Positions 13,401 through 24,982 of a DNA stretch of 64,000 nucleotides are shown in pieces. This DNA comes from Octopus sinensis. Its lineage: Eukaryota. Below the pieces are notes generated by a model. It ran no database searches and was not told the origin of the DNA. It worked only from the letters and a program-made list of their open reading frames with translations. Position 1 is the stretch's first letter. Every line of letters begins with the position of its first letter. The DNA is taken from NCBI RefSeq assembly GCF_006345805.1, contig NC_043006.1, positions 45,756,001 to 45,820,000 on the forward strand, given 5' to 3'. A program made the position numbers and the translations under genes.

Positions 13401-13489
13401 TGCCTACCTTTCTCTTCCTGTTTTTTTTTCTTCTCCAAAACAGTTTATACACCCTATGAATTCAATACTAAAATTGTTAATAAGAAATC

Positions 13490-13525
<36 letters not shown>

Positions 13526-13891
13526 ATGTTTTTTTATTATTATATAGACTTTTGCGACAGAAATGTGAGAAATAAACAAGGCCTTAAATGAATGACAGAC
13601 ATGGGTGGGTGGGTTTGTGGGAAGCAAATTAATGCATTTATTGCTTGCCCCGACTGTGACCCTAAGAACCATGTTACACTACAGAGCACACAACGAACAC
13701 CTACCATTCCATCTGTTCAGTTAATTAAGTTCCGTTTGTCCTGTTTCATTTTTCTTCTTCCAAATTTTTTGGGTCTGTAATTCAGTGTATGCTTACTGAA
13801 GATTAGTGAGGTGCAAAGAGTAGAAGAAATTAAAACCTGGTTGACTGCATGACACTCTCTCTTTCTCTCTCTGTCTCTCTCTCTCTCTAGT

Positions 13892-13931
<40 letters not shown>

Positions 13932-13934
13932 GGA

Positions 13935-14255
13935 GTACTCTGTCGGTTACAATGATGAGGGTCCCAGCTGATACGATCAACAGAACAGCTTGCTTGTGAA
14001 ATTAACGTGCAAGTGGCTGAGCACTCCACAGACACGTGTACCCTTAACTTAGTTCTCAGGGAGATTCAGTGTGACACAGAGTGTGACAAAGCTGGCTCTT
14101 TGAAATACAGGTACTACTCATTTTTACCAGCTGAGTGGACTGGAAAAATGTGAAATAAAGTGTCTTGCTCAAGGACACAACGCGTCACCAGGAACTGAAC
14201 TCATGACTTTATGATTGTGAGCCGAATGCCCTAACCACTAAGCCACACACCTTCA
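13935..14255 (-). mobile_element. tRNA-derived SINE, family D
   Basis: Minus strand: gtgaaggtgtgtggcttagtggttagggcattcgg (A box), gagttcagttcc (B box), gtgtccttgagcaagacact central segment, and a tail containing gtacacgtgtctgtggagtgctcagccacttgcacgttaat. Confidence 0.8.
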
Positions 14256-14392
14256 CACACACAGATAGATAAAGATAGATATGGCCTGTCAATGGGGTTA
14301 CCCTGGGTTTCACATCCATAAAGCACTTAGCTTTACAGTGTTTCTTCAGACCCTAGGCCTGTGGCCTCTCTAGAAAATAAGGTATGTATATA

Positions 14393-14425
<33 letters not shown>

Positions 14426-14427
14426 CT

Positions 14428-14479
<52 letters not shown>

Positions 14480-14717
14480 TACAGGTGAATCCAGGTAGAA
14501 AAGTCACAGAAAAAAGTCATAGGGGTTTTGTCTGGGGGTATCTTTGCCTGGATCCCTTAAATTAACTGTGACTTTTTTCCTAACCAAAATTGTGACTTTT
14601 TTCCAGTCTTCGTACAGGTGTAGCTGTGTGGTGTAGTTAGGAAGCTTGCTTCTTGACCACAAGGTTTCAAGTTCAATCCGATTGTGTGGCATCTTGAGCA
14701 AGTGTCTTCTGCTATAT

Positions 14718-15008
14718 CAGTGATTCTCGACTATTTTTTATCTGTGGACTGCTTTTATTACTATTTTATTCTGGTGGACCCCGTAGCCATTTAATGTTTA
14801 AAGACTAATTTCATGGAGACTTCTTTCAAAATTCCTATTTTGTTTATCGCACATTCCCTTATGTCGGCTGAACTATGTAAAACATCAAAGAAACCTAGCT
14901 GTTTCTTGAAAAAATTTTCATGGACCCATAAAATACTATTGTGGACCCTCCAAATCTTACTTTGGACCCCAGGGTGGCGGGCATATGATCCCTGGTTGAG
15001 AAATATTG
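14718..15008. mobile_element. hAT-like MITE
   Basis: Ends cagtgattctcgact / tggttgagaaatattg. Internal ggacccc motifs are shared with copies at 24983-25681 and near 31220. Confidence 0.55.
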
Positions 15009-16149
15009 TGCTATGGCCTCAGCCTGACCAAAGTCTTGTGATTGAATTGGACAGGCAGAATTTCCCATCATGTGTGTGCTTCTTCTTAAAGACAAGAGGG
15101 ATAACATCATAACCATCATCGTCATTTAATGCCCACATTCTCATATGGTTCCAGTAAAATTTTTCTACCATTTGATGTCCTTCAAATTGCCTATCTTCAC
15201 CGGTTTTCAATTAAGGTCTCACATGCAGACATTCATGCATAGTAGCTCTGTGGATATGGAATGGAACTTGCTTCATAACCCACAAGGTTTTGAGTTCTAT
15301 GTCACTACATTATGTCGCGGGCCCACCATGACTTGTGAGTTAGATTATTAGACAGGAACTGCTGTGTTGTAGAAAGGGAAGCAAACACAGACACAACTAT
15401 GCCATAAAAAGTTTCTTTCCCAACCACATGGTTCTGGGTTCAGTCCCACTACATGTCACAATACTTCACAGTAAAAAGGTGGGTCGTGGTGAAATGATGG
15501 AAATACAAACTGTGGAAATAACACTGTTTTGTGTTGGGAGTTCAAATCCTTGGCATCAGCGGGGTCAGTAAAATAAAAAGCAGGTTGTACCGGGGTTTTT
15601 CTTTCTTTTCTTTTTTTTCTTTTTTCCTTGTTTCAGTCATTTGATTGTGGCCATGCTGGAGCACCGCCTTTAGTCGAGCAAATCAACCCCAGGACTTATT
15701 CTTTGTAAGCCTTGTACTTATTCTATCGGTCTCTTTTGCCGAACCGCTAAGTGACATATTTTATATGTTGTATAGTCCTCCTCTTCAAAACTGTGGCCTT
15801 GTAAGTAATATGCAGTGTAAATAATATCATTTTCTTTTATTCTTTTACTTGTTTCAGTCATTTGACTGTGGCCATGCTGGGGCACCTCCTTATTCTTTGT
15901 ACTTATTCTTTGACTTATTCTTTGTATGCCTATGTTTAAGAATTTTTTTTTTTTACTTCATGTAATCTGCATGCTATTCTTAATATCAAGAGCTAACGAG
16001 CAGACTGTGGACCAAATTATTTATCTCTGAATTAAAAAATAAATACAGTCCTTATCAATTTCCTTGAAAAGATAACTCCCCACTCGCATACATTTATTCA
16101 CTTTTTTATTGCTGCTGTTGTTGTTGTTATTGTTACGGTGATGTTAGCG

Positions 16150-16341
16150 TACTTAACGAAATGCTTATCAGTATTTCGCTTGTCACTAGGTTCTGAGTTC
16201 AAATTCAGCTGAGGTCAACTTTGCCTTTCATCCTTTTGGGGTCAATAAAATAAATGCCAGTTGAACACTAGGGTCAATGTAATTGAGTCATCCTCTCCCC
16301 TAAAGTTGCTGCCCTTGTGGCAAAATTTGAAGCCAATACAG

Positions 16342-16379
<38 letters not shown>

Positions 16380-17470
16380 GAGTGAGCGAGCAGTGCATGC
16401 CATCAAAGTGACACTGGGGTAAAATATACGAAGCCCAGTATACCCATTATGACTACCTGTCTGATAAGGGTACACCAGGCACATGTATCACAACCATATG
16501 TACGTGGTGATCTCATATCAAGATAACATGGTGATCTCATATCAAGATAACAGCGCATGACCTTGCAGGTGGGGCCCAGTTAGAATTTTCTTCTGGTCGA
16601 GTAACCCATCCCACTCAAAAGGTCCTTGAATAAGGATTGTTTAAGAATGTTGAACGAAACACCCATGTTTCCAAAGGTGAATTATCCAAACCTCTAAGAA
16701 TTCCTTTCAACACACAGCTATGATGCTCCCCCACTACTTCTGCTTGTGGTCAGAGATGCACATATCATCAGCCACTAAGGGACATGGTCAACTGGTTACA
16801 GTCAAACAACTGACAAGCAAATCTGTGGTATTGAGCAGAATATTTGCTGTAGCCCATCTTTTATACCAAGACAAAACAATGTACATGATAACACTTCCAA
16901 TCAGTTAAGATCAGAAGCCATGAGAGCCACTGCCTATTATTATTATTATTATTATTATTATTCCACTGAGGTCAACTTCGCCTGTCATCCTTTTGGGGTC
17001 AATGAAATAAGTACCAATTATGCATGGAAGTTGATATAATCAACTAGTCCTCTTCCCTCAAAATTTTTAAGGACTCATGCCTTGAGTAGAAATAATAATA
17101 ATTATTATTAAAGTGACAGGGTAACAGAATCATAAGTTCACCAGACAAAATGCTTAGTGGCGTATTGTCCATCTTTACATTCTGAGTTCAAATTCTGCCA
17201 TGGTTAAATTTACCTTTCATCCCTTCAGGGTCAATTAAATAAGCCCCAGTTCAATATTGGGGTCAATGTAATCAACTAGCCCCCTCCTTGAAAATATTCA
17301 CGCTTTGTACTTTTAGTAGAAAAAGATTATTATTAAAACCAGCATTTTATGTTCTAAGTTCAAATTCCACTGAAGTCGGTTTTGTCTTTATTTTCCTTTA
17401 GGGTCAATAAAATAGTGTACACATCAAGTCCCAGGGTCATTTTAATCAATTAAACCCACCCTCCTCAATT
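16150..17470 (+). mobile_element. Run of four degenerate family B SINEs (16150-16335, 16962-17070, 17110-17300, 17350-17470) surrounding the 16380-16935 insert
   Basis: Repeated gagttcaaattc...gcctttcatcc...ggggtcaat. Confidence 0.75.
16380..16935 (-). mobile_element. Probable 5'-truncated non-LTR retroelement 3' UTR ending in (AAT)n
   Basis: Complex non-coding sequence flanked by (ATT)n on both sides; minus strand ends gcactgctcgctcactc-aataataat. Clade not identified. Confidence 0.5.
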
Positions 17471-18559
17471 ATTGACTTTTATTATTTAGGAGAGTTCACT
17501 CGAGTGCAAACCAAATCTGCACATAAACAAACAAAAATACCCTGTTACTGATGTTGAAATTCCAATGAGTTGCTTTACTTTTCTCTCTCCTATTCTCAGT
17601 AAACATTTGAATTTATTACACTTGGTTGAGGAGGCTTAATAAGACTGGAACATGTCTATGTTTGCCAAAGATCAGTTTATTCTTTCTCTCACCACATTGC
17701 CTGTTTCCCATTTTAGATTAACTGAGTCATTGGCATGGCAGTGCATAAAAACAAAATAATTTTCTTTTTATTTTGACTTATCTCCCTTTGTATTGTTTGG
17801 TTGACTTGAAGATTGTTTAACAATGTTTACCTCTATTCAATACAGATATAGCCTTGATTAACCAAAGTTATCATGCTCACCACATCAAGTGTATAACAGC
17901 TTACTTTGTTATTTATTTTCCATGTAACTAGTGTTATCCCTGGGTTATTTCCTTTGCACTCTATGATGCTTTATAGCCCTTTGGAGTTTGCACATATCTG
18001 TACAAAGAATATGGAAGGGTTCGATTTAATTGGACCCTATACTACTTAACTCTCTCTTTTAGAAGCTTTGGTGGGCCTTGTGCCAATGTTGTTAATCATT
18101 ATTGCTGTGAATTGAATCTCCTAAACAGATTGTCTAATTCTCATCACAGACTCCACTGGGAGCGCGCAAGAGGAGAAAAAAAAAATTCTTTGATTTTTTA
18201 CACTTCACCACTTTGGAATAGTTTGTATCAATTACAGAACTCTTTGTTACCACACACACGTATGCATGCATGCGCATACAAACTATAACATATATACACA
18301 TACATGTATGTAGATATCTGAAGTTTTTACCGAAAGAGAAGTTGCGGAACCAAAAGAACAGAGTGAGGGAAAAACAAAAACAAAAAACAAACACATGTTC
18401 TAACGTTCATTACTTTGATCTTTTCATTGATAAACATCAAACATGGAATATTTAAAGAAATTCTTCCTCTCTGCAGCTCTCAGTTGTATAAATGGAACCA
18501 TTAAAAAAAAGAATATTTGTATCATATTTCCTTGTGTATGTGGGTGTATGTTTATAACT

Positions 18560-18960
18560 GTGTGTATCTATCTGTCTGTCTATCTATCTATCTGTCTATC
18601 TATATATTTATCTATATCTATCTATCTATCATTCTCTCTATCTATCTATCATATATCTATCTATCTGTCTATCTATATATTTATCTATATCTATCTATCT
18701 ATCATTCTCTCTATCTATCTATCTATCTGTCATTTAGCTGTCTATCTATCTGTCTGTCTGTCTATCTATCTATCTGTCTGTCTATAAATATATATATATG
18801 TGTATATGCATGTATGTATATGTATTTATGTGTGTTGGTGTATATACATATACATACATATATACACACACCCTCATACATACATACATACATGTACTCA
18901 CATATAGATCAGTATATGTACAAACATGCAAAAAATATAACCTTTTAAAACCAATATATA
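18560..18960. repeat. (TATC/TCTG)n and (TA/TG/CA)n microsatellite block
   Basis: Direct reading. Confidence 0.9.
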
Positions 18961-19529
18961 CAACACATATGCACACATACTCATGCACACGCGTGCATGC
19001 ACACACACACACACAGAGGCAGACAGCCTAGCAGCACATATAGTGAAATGATGCTGTAAGGCTTGATCAGTTTGAAGTAAGTCTGTCCTTAGAAACCAAC
19101 GATTGTTATGTGTGACGTGGAGTGTGATGCAAGGAGGAGGTGGCGGCAGGGAGGATGAGAAATACCAGTCACAGCCACAACCATGGTCTTGTTGCTAGTG
19201 TCAATAGCTAAACATCTCTGCCTTCACTTGTCTCTCCAGTTTTTTTTTTTTTTTTTTTAATTTTTTTAATCAAACTGCAAATAGTCACTGCTGTAGTTGG
19301 TGTTGTTTTATGGTACTGACGACGACAATGAAGGTGATGGTTGTGGTTCTGGTGGTGGTGGTGGTGGTGGTATTTATGTTGCCACTGGTTCGGTGGCAAC
19401 CGAAACAAAAAAAAAAATACTTCGATCTCTTTGTCTCAAGGAATGCTGACAGCACTTGTTCCAGTGCTGAGTCGAAAACTGAAGACTAGCGTATTTGTGT
19501 TGTTGCTCCTTTGTGTCATCTTCATCATC

Positions 19530-19690
19530 ATCATCTAATGTCTGCTTTCCATGCTGGCATGGGTTGGATGGTTTGAATGAAAGCTGGACAGCTGCATCAG
19601 GTTCCAGTCTGATTTGATAAGGTTTCTACAGCTGGATGACCTTCCTAATACCAACCACTCCAAGTGTGTACACAGTGGATTTTATGTGTG
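19530..19690 (-). mobile_element. Family E repeat, 3' part
   Basis: catcatcatcatctaatgtctgctttccatgctggcatgggttggatgg...ctggatgaccttcctaatacc. Confidence 0.75.
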
Positions 19691-19823
19691 TGTGTGTATG
19701 TATGTATATATGTGTGTGTGTGTGTATATATATATGTATGTATATATATGTGTGTGTGTGTGTATATATATAATATATATATATATGTATATATATATTA
19801 TATATATATATATATATATATTG

Positions 19824-19855
<32 letters not shown>

Positions 19856-19860
19856 ATGTG

Positions 19861-19911
<51 letters not shown>

Positions 19912-19914
<3 letters not shown>

Positions 19915-20312
19915 GGCACAAGAGTGGCTGTGTGGTAAGTAGCTTGCTTACCAACCACATGGTTCCGGGTTCAGTCCCACTGCGTGGCATCTTGGGCAAG
20001 TGTCTTCTTCTATAGCCTCGGGCCGACCAATGCCTTGTGAGTGGATTTGGTAGACGGAAACTGAAAGAAGCCTGTCGTATATATGTATATATATGTGTGT
20101 ATGTATGTGTGTCTGTGTTTGTCCCCCTAGCATCGCTTGACAACCGATGCTGGTGTGTTTACGTCCCCGTCACTTAGCGGTTCAGCAAAATAGACCAATA
20201 GAATAAGTACTGGGCTTACAAAGAATAAGTCCCAGGGTCGATTTGCTCGACTAAAGGCGGTGCTCTAGCATGTCCGCAGTCAAATGACTGAAACAAGAAA
20301 AAGAGTAAAGAG
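19912..20312 (+). mobile_element. SINE family A, near consensus
   Basis: A box tggctgtgtgg, B box ggttcagtccc, intact tail. Confidence 0.92.
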
Positions 20313-20330
20313 TATATATATATATATATT

Positions 20331-20695
20331 ATTCTTTTACTTGGTTCAGTCATTAGACTGTGGCCATACTGGAGCACCACCTTAAAGGGTTTTAGTTGAA
20401 CAAATTGACCCCAGGACTAATTCTTTGTATGCTAGTATTAATTTTATCAGTCTCTTTGGTCAACCTCGAAGTTACGTGGATGTAAACACACCAACATTGG
20501 TTGTCAAGCAATAATGGGTGGGGGGACAAACACAGACACAAATACACGCGCACACATATATGATGGGTTTCTTTCTTTCAGCTTCCACTCACATGGCTTT
20601 GGTTGGCCTGAGGTCATAGTAGAAAGCACTTGTCCAAAGTGCCACGCAGTGGGACTGAACCCAGAACCATGTAGTTGGGAAGCAAGCTTCTTATA
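20331..20695 (-). mobile_element. SINE family A, tail-to-tail with the preceding copy
   Basis: Reverse-complement match. Confidence 0.85.
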
Positions 20696-20952
20696 TGCAT
20701 GAATGTTTGTGACTGTTATGTGTACATATTCTGTCTGACATTATTGCTAAAAGAAAATAAAGACTACATTTATCTTTTACTTGTTTCAGTTATTAGACTG
20801 TGTAGTGCACTGGTAGGGCACTGCCTCCGTGGGATAAGTTAAACAAATTGACGGTTTTTTGCTGAACCGCTATGTTATGGGGGCATAACCCAGCATGGGT
20901 TGTCAATGGTGGTAGGGGCACAAACATACACAGATAAATACATGTATATATT

Positions 20953-21022
<70 letters not shown>

Positions 21023-21196
21023 ATATAACATACACACCACACATTTATCAATGAAATTCCAACTTAGTCTGATTTTCCTTTTTTATTATTTACAATTTTT
21101 ACAATATTGAAATAATAGAATATTATGTGTGTGTGTTGTGTTCCAACCATGTGGATTGTTCCTTTTCTTTTGGACTCCCCCCACCCACCATCTCCT

Positions 21197-21231
21197 GTTT
21201 TAGATGAAGAGTTCTGCTCGAAATGTAAAAC
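21197..21231 (+). ncRNA. Degenerate minimal type-I hammerhead ribozyme motif
   Basis: gttt-TAGATGA-a-gagt tct gctc-GAAAT-GTA-aaac. Stems I and II can pair, but the core has 3 substitutions. Confidence 0.5.
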
Positions 21232-21425
21232 TACTTTTCTTTCCTACTCTGAGCATCTGCTAATACTTTGCATGTACCATGTCCTTGCATTGTTGTTTTT
21301 TATCTTGTGTTTTTCTTCATTTTGCGGGGGGATTAATTAACTATATATATATATGTGACTGCATGTGTACTGTTGGCAATTTTTTTTCCTCCATCTTCCC
21401 TTCTCTGGATCTTTCCTTTTCCTAT

Positions 21426-21460
21426 GTTTCTGACGAAGAGCTCCGCTCGAAACGTTAGAC
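21426..21460 (+). ncRNA. Minimal type-I hammerhead ribozyme motif (Penelope-like element type)
   Basis: Stem I gttt(21426-29)/agac(21457-60); core CTGACGA 21430-36; stem II gagc-tcc-gctc; GAAAC 21449-53; palindromic AACGTT; GUU triplet at 21454-56. Confidence 0.75.
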
Positions 21461-21561
21461 CCTCCTTCTTCCTTTCCTTCCTGAGCATCCAATAATACTA
21501 TATTTGTTCCATGTCCTCACGTTGTTGTGTTTTCTCTTTGTGTTTTCATGTTTGGATTAAG

Positions 21562-21597
<36 letters not shown>

Positions 21598-23558
21598 ATA
21601 AAACAAGTACTTTCTTATCCTAAGACTGGGCACAGATGCTTGCAACAAAGGTACTCAGGGTTAGGTGGTGGTGTTAAACTACAAAGTGTTGAATATTCCC
21701 TCGCTTTAAGGGTACTGTGAAAGGCCTGGCTGGAAGCCCAACTTTTTGAGCTCTTTTACGGGGCTTAGAAAAACTGAAGAACCACTGTAATAAGTGTGTG
21801 AATTTGAGAGGGGAATATGTCGAATAAAATCATAATTAACTGATCCTCCTGTATTTTCTTTTACTCAAAGCCAGGAACTTTTCAGCAACCATTCGTAGGT
21901 GATAGGTTAAGCCTACCAACCCAAGTTTGAACCTCTGGCCTGTGTTAGTAGATACAACCACACTCGTTTAAATATATTTGTGAAGCCAGTGAGATGGGCT
22001 GTGTAAGCAGGTTCCAGAATAGTAAAATAGAAGCAAGTGAAGTGAAGTGGGGCTCAGCCAGGGATAGCTTAGGATAAGGATAGGATACACGCAGCTGGGA
22101 ATCATAAATCGTAAGCACCAGTTCAGAAATGCTCTTGATGTTGGTCTCGGAGAGAGAAAAAGAGAGACAGAGGGGGGGGGGTAAGAGTGTTCAATTGAAA
22201 TTAAAGAAAAAGTCTTGGCAAACAAAAAGATGATAGAGTTGTGTTCAAAGTCTAGCTTTTATTGAAGATAATAAAACACACACACACAAGTGCTAGTTTT
22301 GTAAAAGATACTGGATATAGAACACAATAATAGCCTCATGCATGAAACGCTATGTGGTTTACATGCACTTACGTAAATATATCAAAACACACAAATATAC
22401 ACATGCATACCATGTATTACTGTTTATATTTTCATATTTACCAACCTTCTTCTCTCTCTCTCTTTTTCTCTTTCTTTTCTTCTTAATCTCCATATAAGAT
22501 AATTAGTATAAACTTGCTGCTGGCTATAGATTAGATCTCTTTATCTGTGGTATACCAACTGATAAATCAATGAAGAGGATATTAGATTTTGTTGCTGCTG
22601 CTGCTGCTGTTGTTGTTGTTGTTGTGTTTTAACCCCAGGTTAACTTTCACTGGTTGAAGCCATTCCAGGCATGGCTGGTCCATTTATTTCTCTAGGTATT
22701 TGGAGCCTGGTGCAGCCATCTGGTTCACCAGTCCTCAGTCAAATCGTCCAACCCATGCTAGCATGGAAAGAGGACGTTAAATGATGATGATGATGATCAT
22801 CATCATCATGAACCCAGAAACACATTATCAAATGTGTCCTTTTTCTGTGACATAAGAATGTGATCTGAAGGAGATTTGGCTGCTATTTCTAGCTGATCGA
22901 ATGACCTCATAGTGACTCTTTCAGGGCTTCATTTTTCTTCTTCTTTTTGCTGTTGCTATTATTGTCAGCTTTGAACTTTTATTTACTATTTAACAAGTAA
23001 ACATCAGGTAAGAGACAGAGGTGGAGGTGGAAAGTTATCCCCCTTCTTCGTCTTCTTCCCCATCGCTTTCTCTTTCTCACACATAGACCACTACTAAGCA
23101 GTTTTTCCTTATCATCTGGTCGAGGAGGACATCACTTCCTTTAAGAGAACATTTCATAATAATGCTCTATCCACTTCTGAGTCCCACTTTACGATAACAT
23201 TTACTGCATAACTTTGTCTCAATCATTATCTCCCTCCGTCTCTCTCTGTACACACACACACACACACACACACAAATCACGTGTCTGGTAAGACTCATTT
23301 TTGAATATCAAAAAAGAAAAAATTTGATATTGCCTTATATAGGCACAGGCTTGGCAAGAAGTTTACTTCCCAACCACATAGTTCCAGGTTCAACAGAGTG
23401 GCGTCATTCGATGGCTAAAACGATGCAAAGCGCATTGTGACCAGTGATGTGTAACATTTGATGATCACATGTGCTATTTATTACCCAATGAGCCATTTTT
23501 TTAAGACAGTAGGATTGATTTGGCTGTTATTTCTAGCAGATGAAGCACCCATGTAAAG

Positions 23559-23813
23559 CAGTGGTTCCCAAACTTTTTTGAGCTGCTGCCCCCTTGACAC
23601 CCAGGTCACATTCCTATCACTCCCCCCCTGCCCCCCACAGATATAGACCACTTTCTGCAACAAATTCAAAATAACTGTATTTTAACAAATAAAACTTAAA
23701 CCTAATTAACAATTTCCTTTTACATCTATTCCCCCCATTTTGGCCACCCCATTATCATCCCAATTTTCTTCAACGCCCCTGGATCTTTCCACCACCCGCC
23801 TTGGGAACCACTG
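23559..23813. mobile_element. hAT-like MITE
   Basis: TIR cagtggttcccaa/ttgggaaccactg; 8-bp TSD atgtaaag/ttgtaaag. Confidence 0.85.
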
Positions 23814-24066
23814 TTGTAAAGTTTCATGTATGTCATTTTGGCCATTTTGGGGGGTGGGGTGGGGAGGGTGCAGCGTTGTAGTTGGTGTATATTCTATGAT
23901 GAAGTGTGGAAATTAGGTTATATTTTATAGTGTAATAGGGGCAATTAGAATATTTTGTATATGTGACAGTTAATGTATGTTTTACTATCGGATCTATCTG
24001 TATTATGATCAAAATAGTTTCTGTTAGATGTAATAATAAAAGTAAGATTGACTTTTTTATTATATA

Positions 24067-24180
24067 ACTAGCAGTATAGCCCGGCGTTGCTCGGGTTTGT
24101 TGCAACCCTTTAGAATTGGAATTTTTGGAAAGTAAAAATTTTGCATTATGTAGCTTGTTATTCTCTTTAAGTGAACAATT
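24067..24180 (+). mobile_element. Helitron/Helentron-associated non-autonomous element end
   Basis: actagcagtatagcccggcgttgctcggg: ACTAG start plus a short CCCG..CGGG hairpin, as in Lep1/HINE-type ends. taagggggtaaaa near 24395 may belong to the same family. Confidence 0.5.
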
Positions 24181-24471
24181 CCAGTGAGGTTGGCTTTGTT
24201 TTTCTTTCTTGAGATCAATAAACTTAGAAACAACATTTATTGGTGCTGACTCAGTTGACTATCTTTCCCTCCTCCACATATTCTTTGCCTAATAAATGCC
24301 AATATAAGAAATCCTTATTAAAAATTCTATCACATGATCAAAAATCTTGGTACTACCACATTTCTGACTATAACTTCTGTCAAATTCTTTCCTCTAAGGG
24401 GGTAAAAATGAAATTCTTGTGGGTAGTGAGGACTCATTAGACATAAGTAAAATTATATAAAAAACAATTCT

Positions 24472-24703
24472 TTACATTATTTACATTTGACAGATATTTG
24501 TCCTCATCTTGTTTGTTGTTAACATAACGTTTCGGCTGGTATACCCTCCAGCCTTCTTCAGGTGTCTCGGGGAAATTTCGAACTTGGGTTCTCATTTCTA
24601 AGGTATTTTTCAATGTTGTTATTATTATTGTTCAGGTCACCGCTTGGAATCGAACTCAGGTTAGTAGCCCGCGCTCTTAACCACTACGTCATATGCCCGT
24701 GGG
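24472..24703 (-). mobile_element. tRNA-headed short element carrying a hammerhead ribozyme motif (copy 1)
   Basis: Minus strand: A box tgacgtagtgg, B box gagttcgattcc, (AAT/AAC)n linker, then the hammerhead at 24521-24566. Confidence 0.8.
24521..24566 (-). ncRNA. Minimal type-I hammerhead ribozyme motif
   Basis: gacac-CTGAAGA-a-ggctgg agggtata ccagcc-GAAAC-GTT-atgtt. Perfect 6-bp stem II, AACGTT palindrome, stem I 4/5 paired. Confidence 0.75.
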
Positions 24704-24982
24704 ATATTTATAAATATCCATCGAATGTAAATAATTCCTCATCTCTCAAATATAGAGCTGTATTAAAAAAACATGTTGCTATGACAGAAATTTTTCTTCA
24801 GGCAACACTGCCTTTGTCCAATGTAATGGACATGTAAATAAATTCATATAAATAGATTCAATAAACCTTTTAATTCAAAGAATCTATGATTTTCTTCCTT
24901 TTAAATCAAGGGGGTAATTGGTTAAAAACTTCCCCAACCTCTGCTCTAAGTTTTCTCTTTATTGCTGTTAGACTATCTAGAG

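Noticed and set aside
17899-17972. Minus-strand IIECKGNNPGITLVTWKINNK with Ig-like C-x11-W spacing
   Set aside because: The good upstream acceptor gives stops in all three frames, and the acceptors that avoid them lack a pyrimidine tract.
24240-24400. Minus-strand exon after the strong acceptor tttttacccccttag
   Set aside because: No convincing donor before stops, and the motif probably belongs to the Helentron-like repeat.
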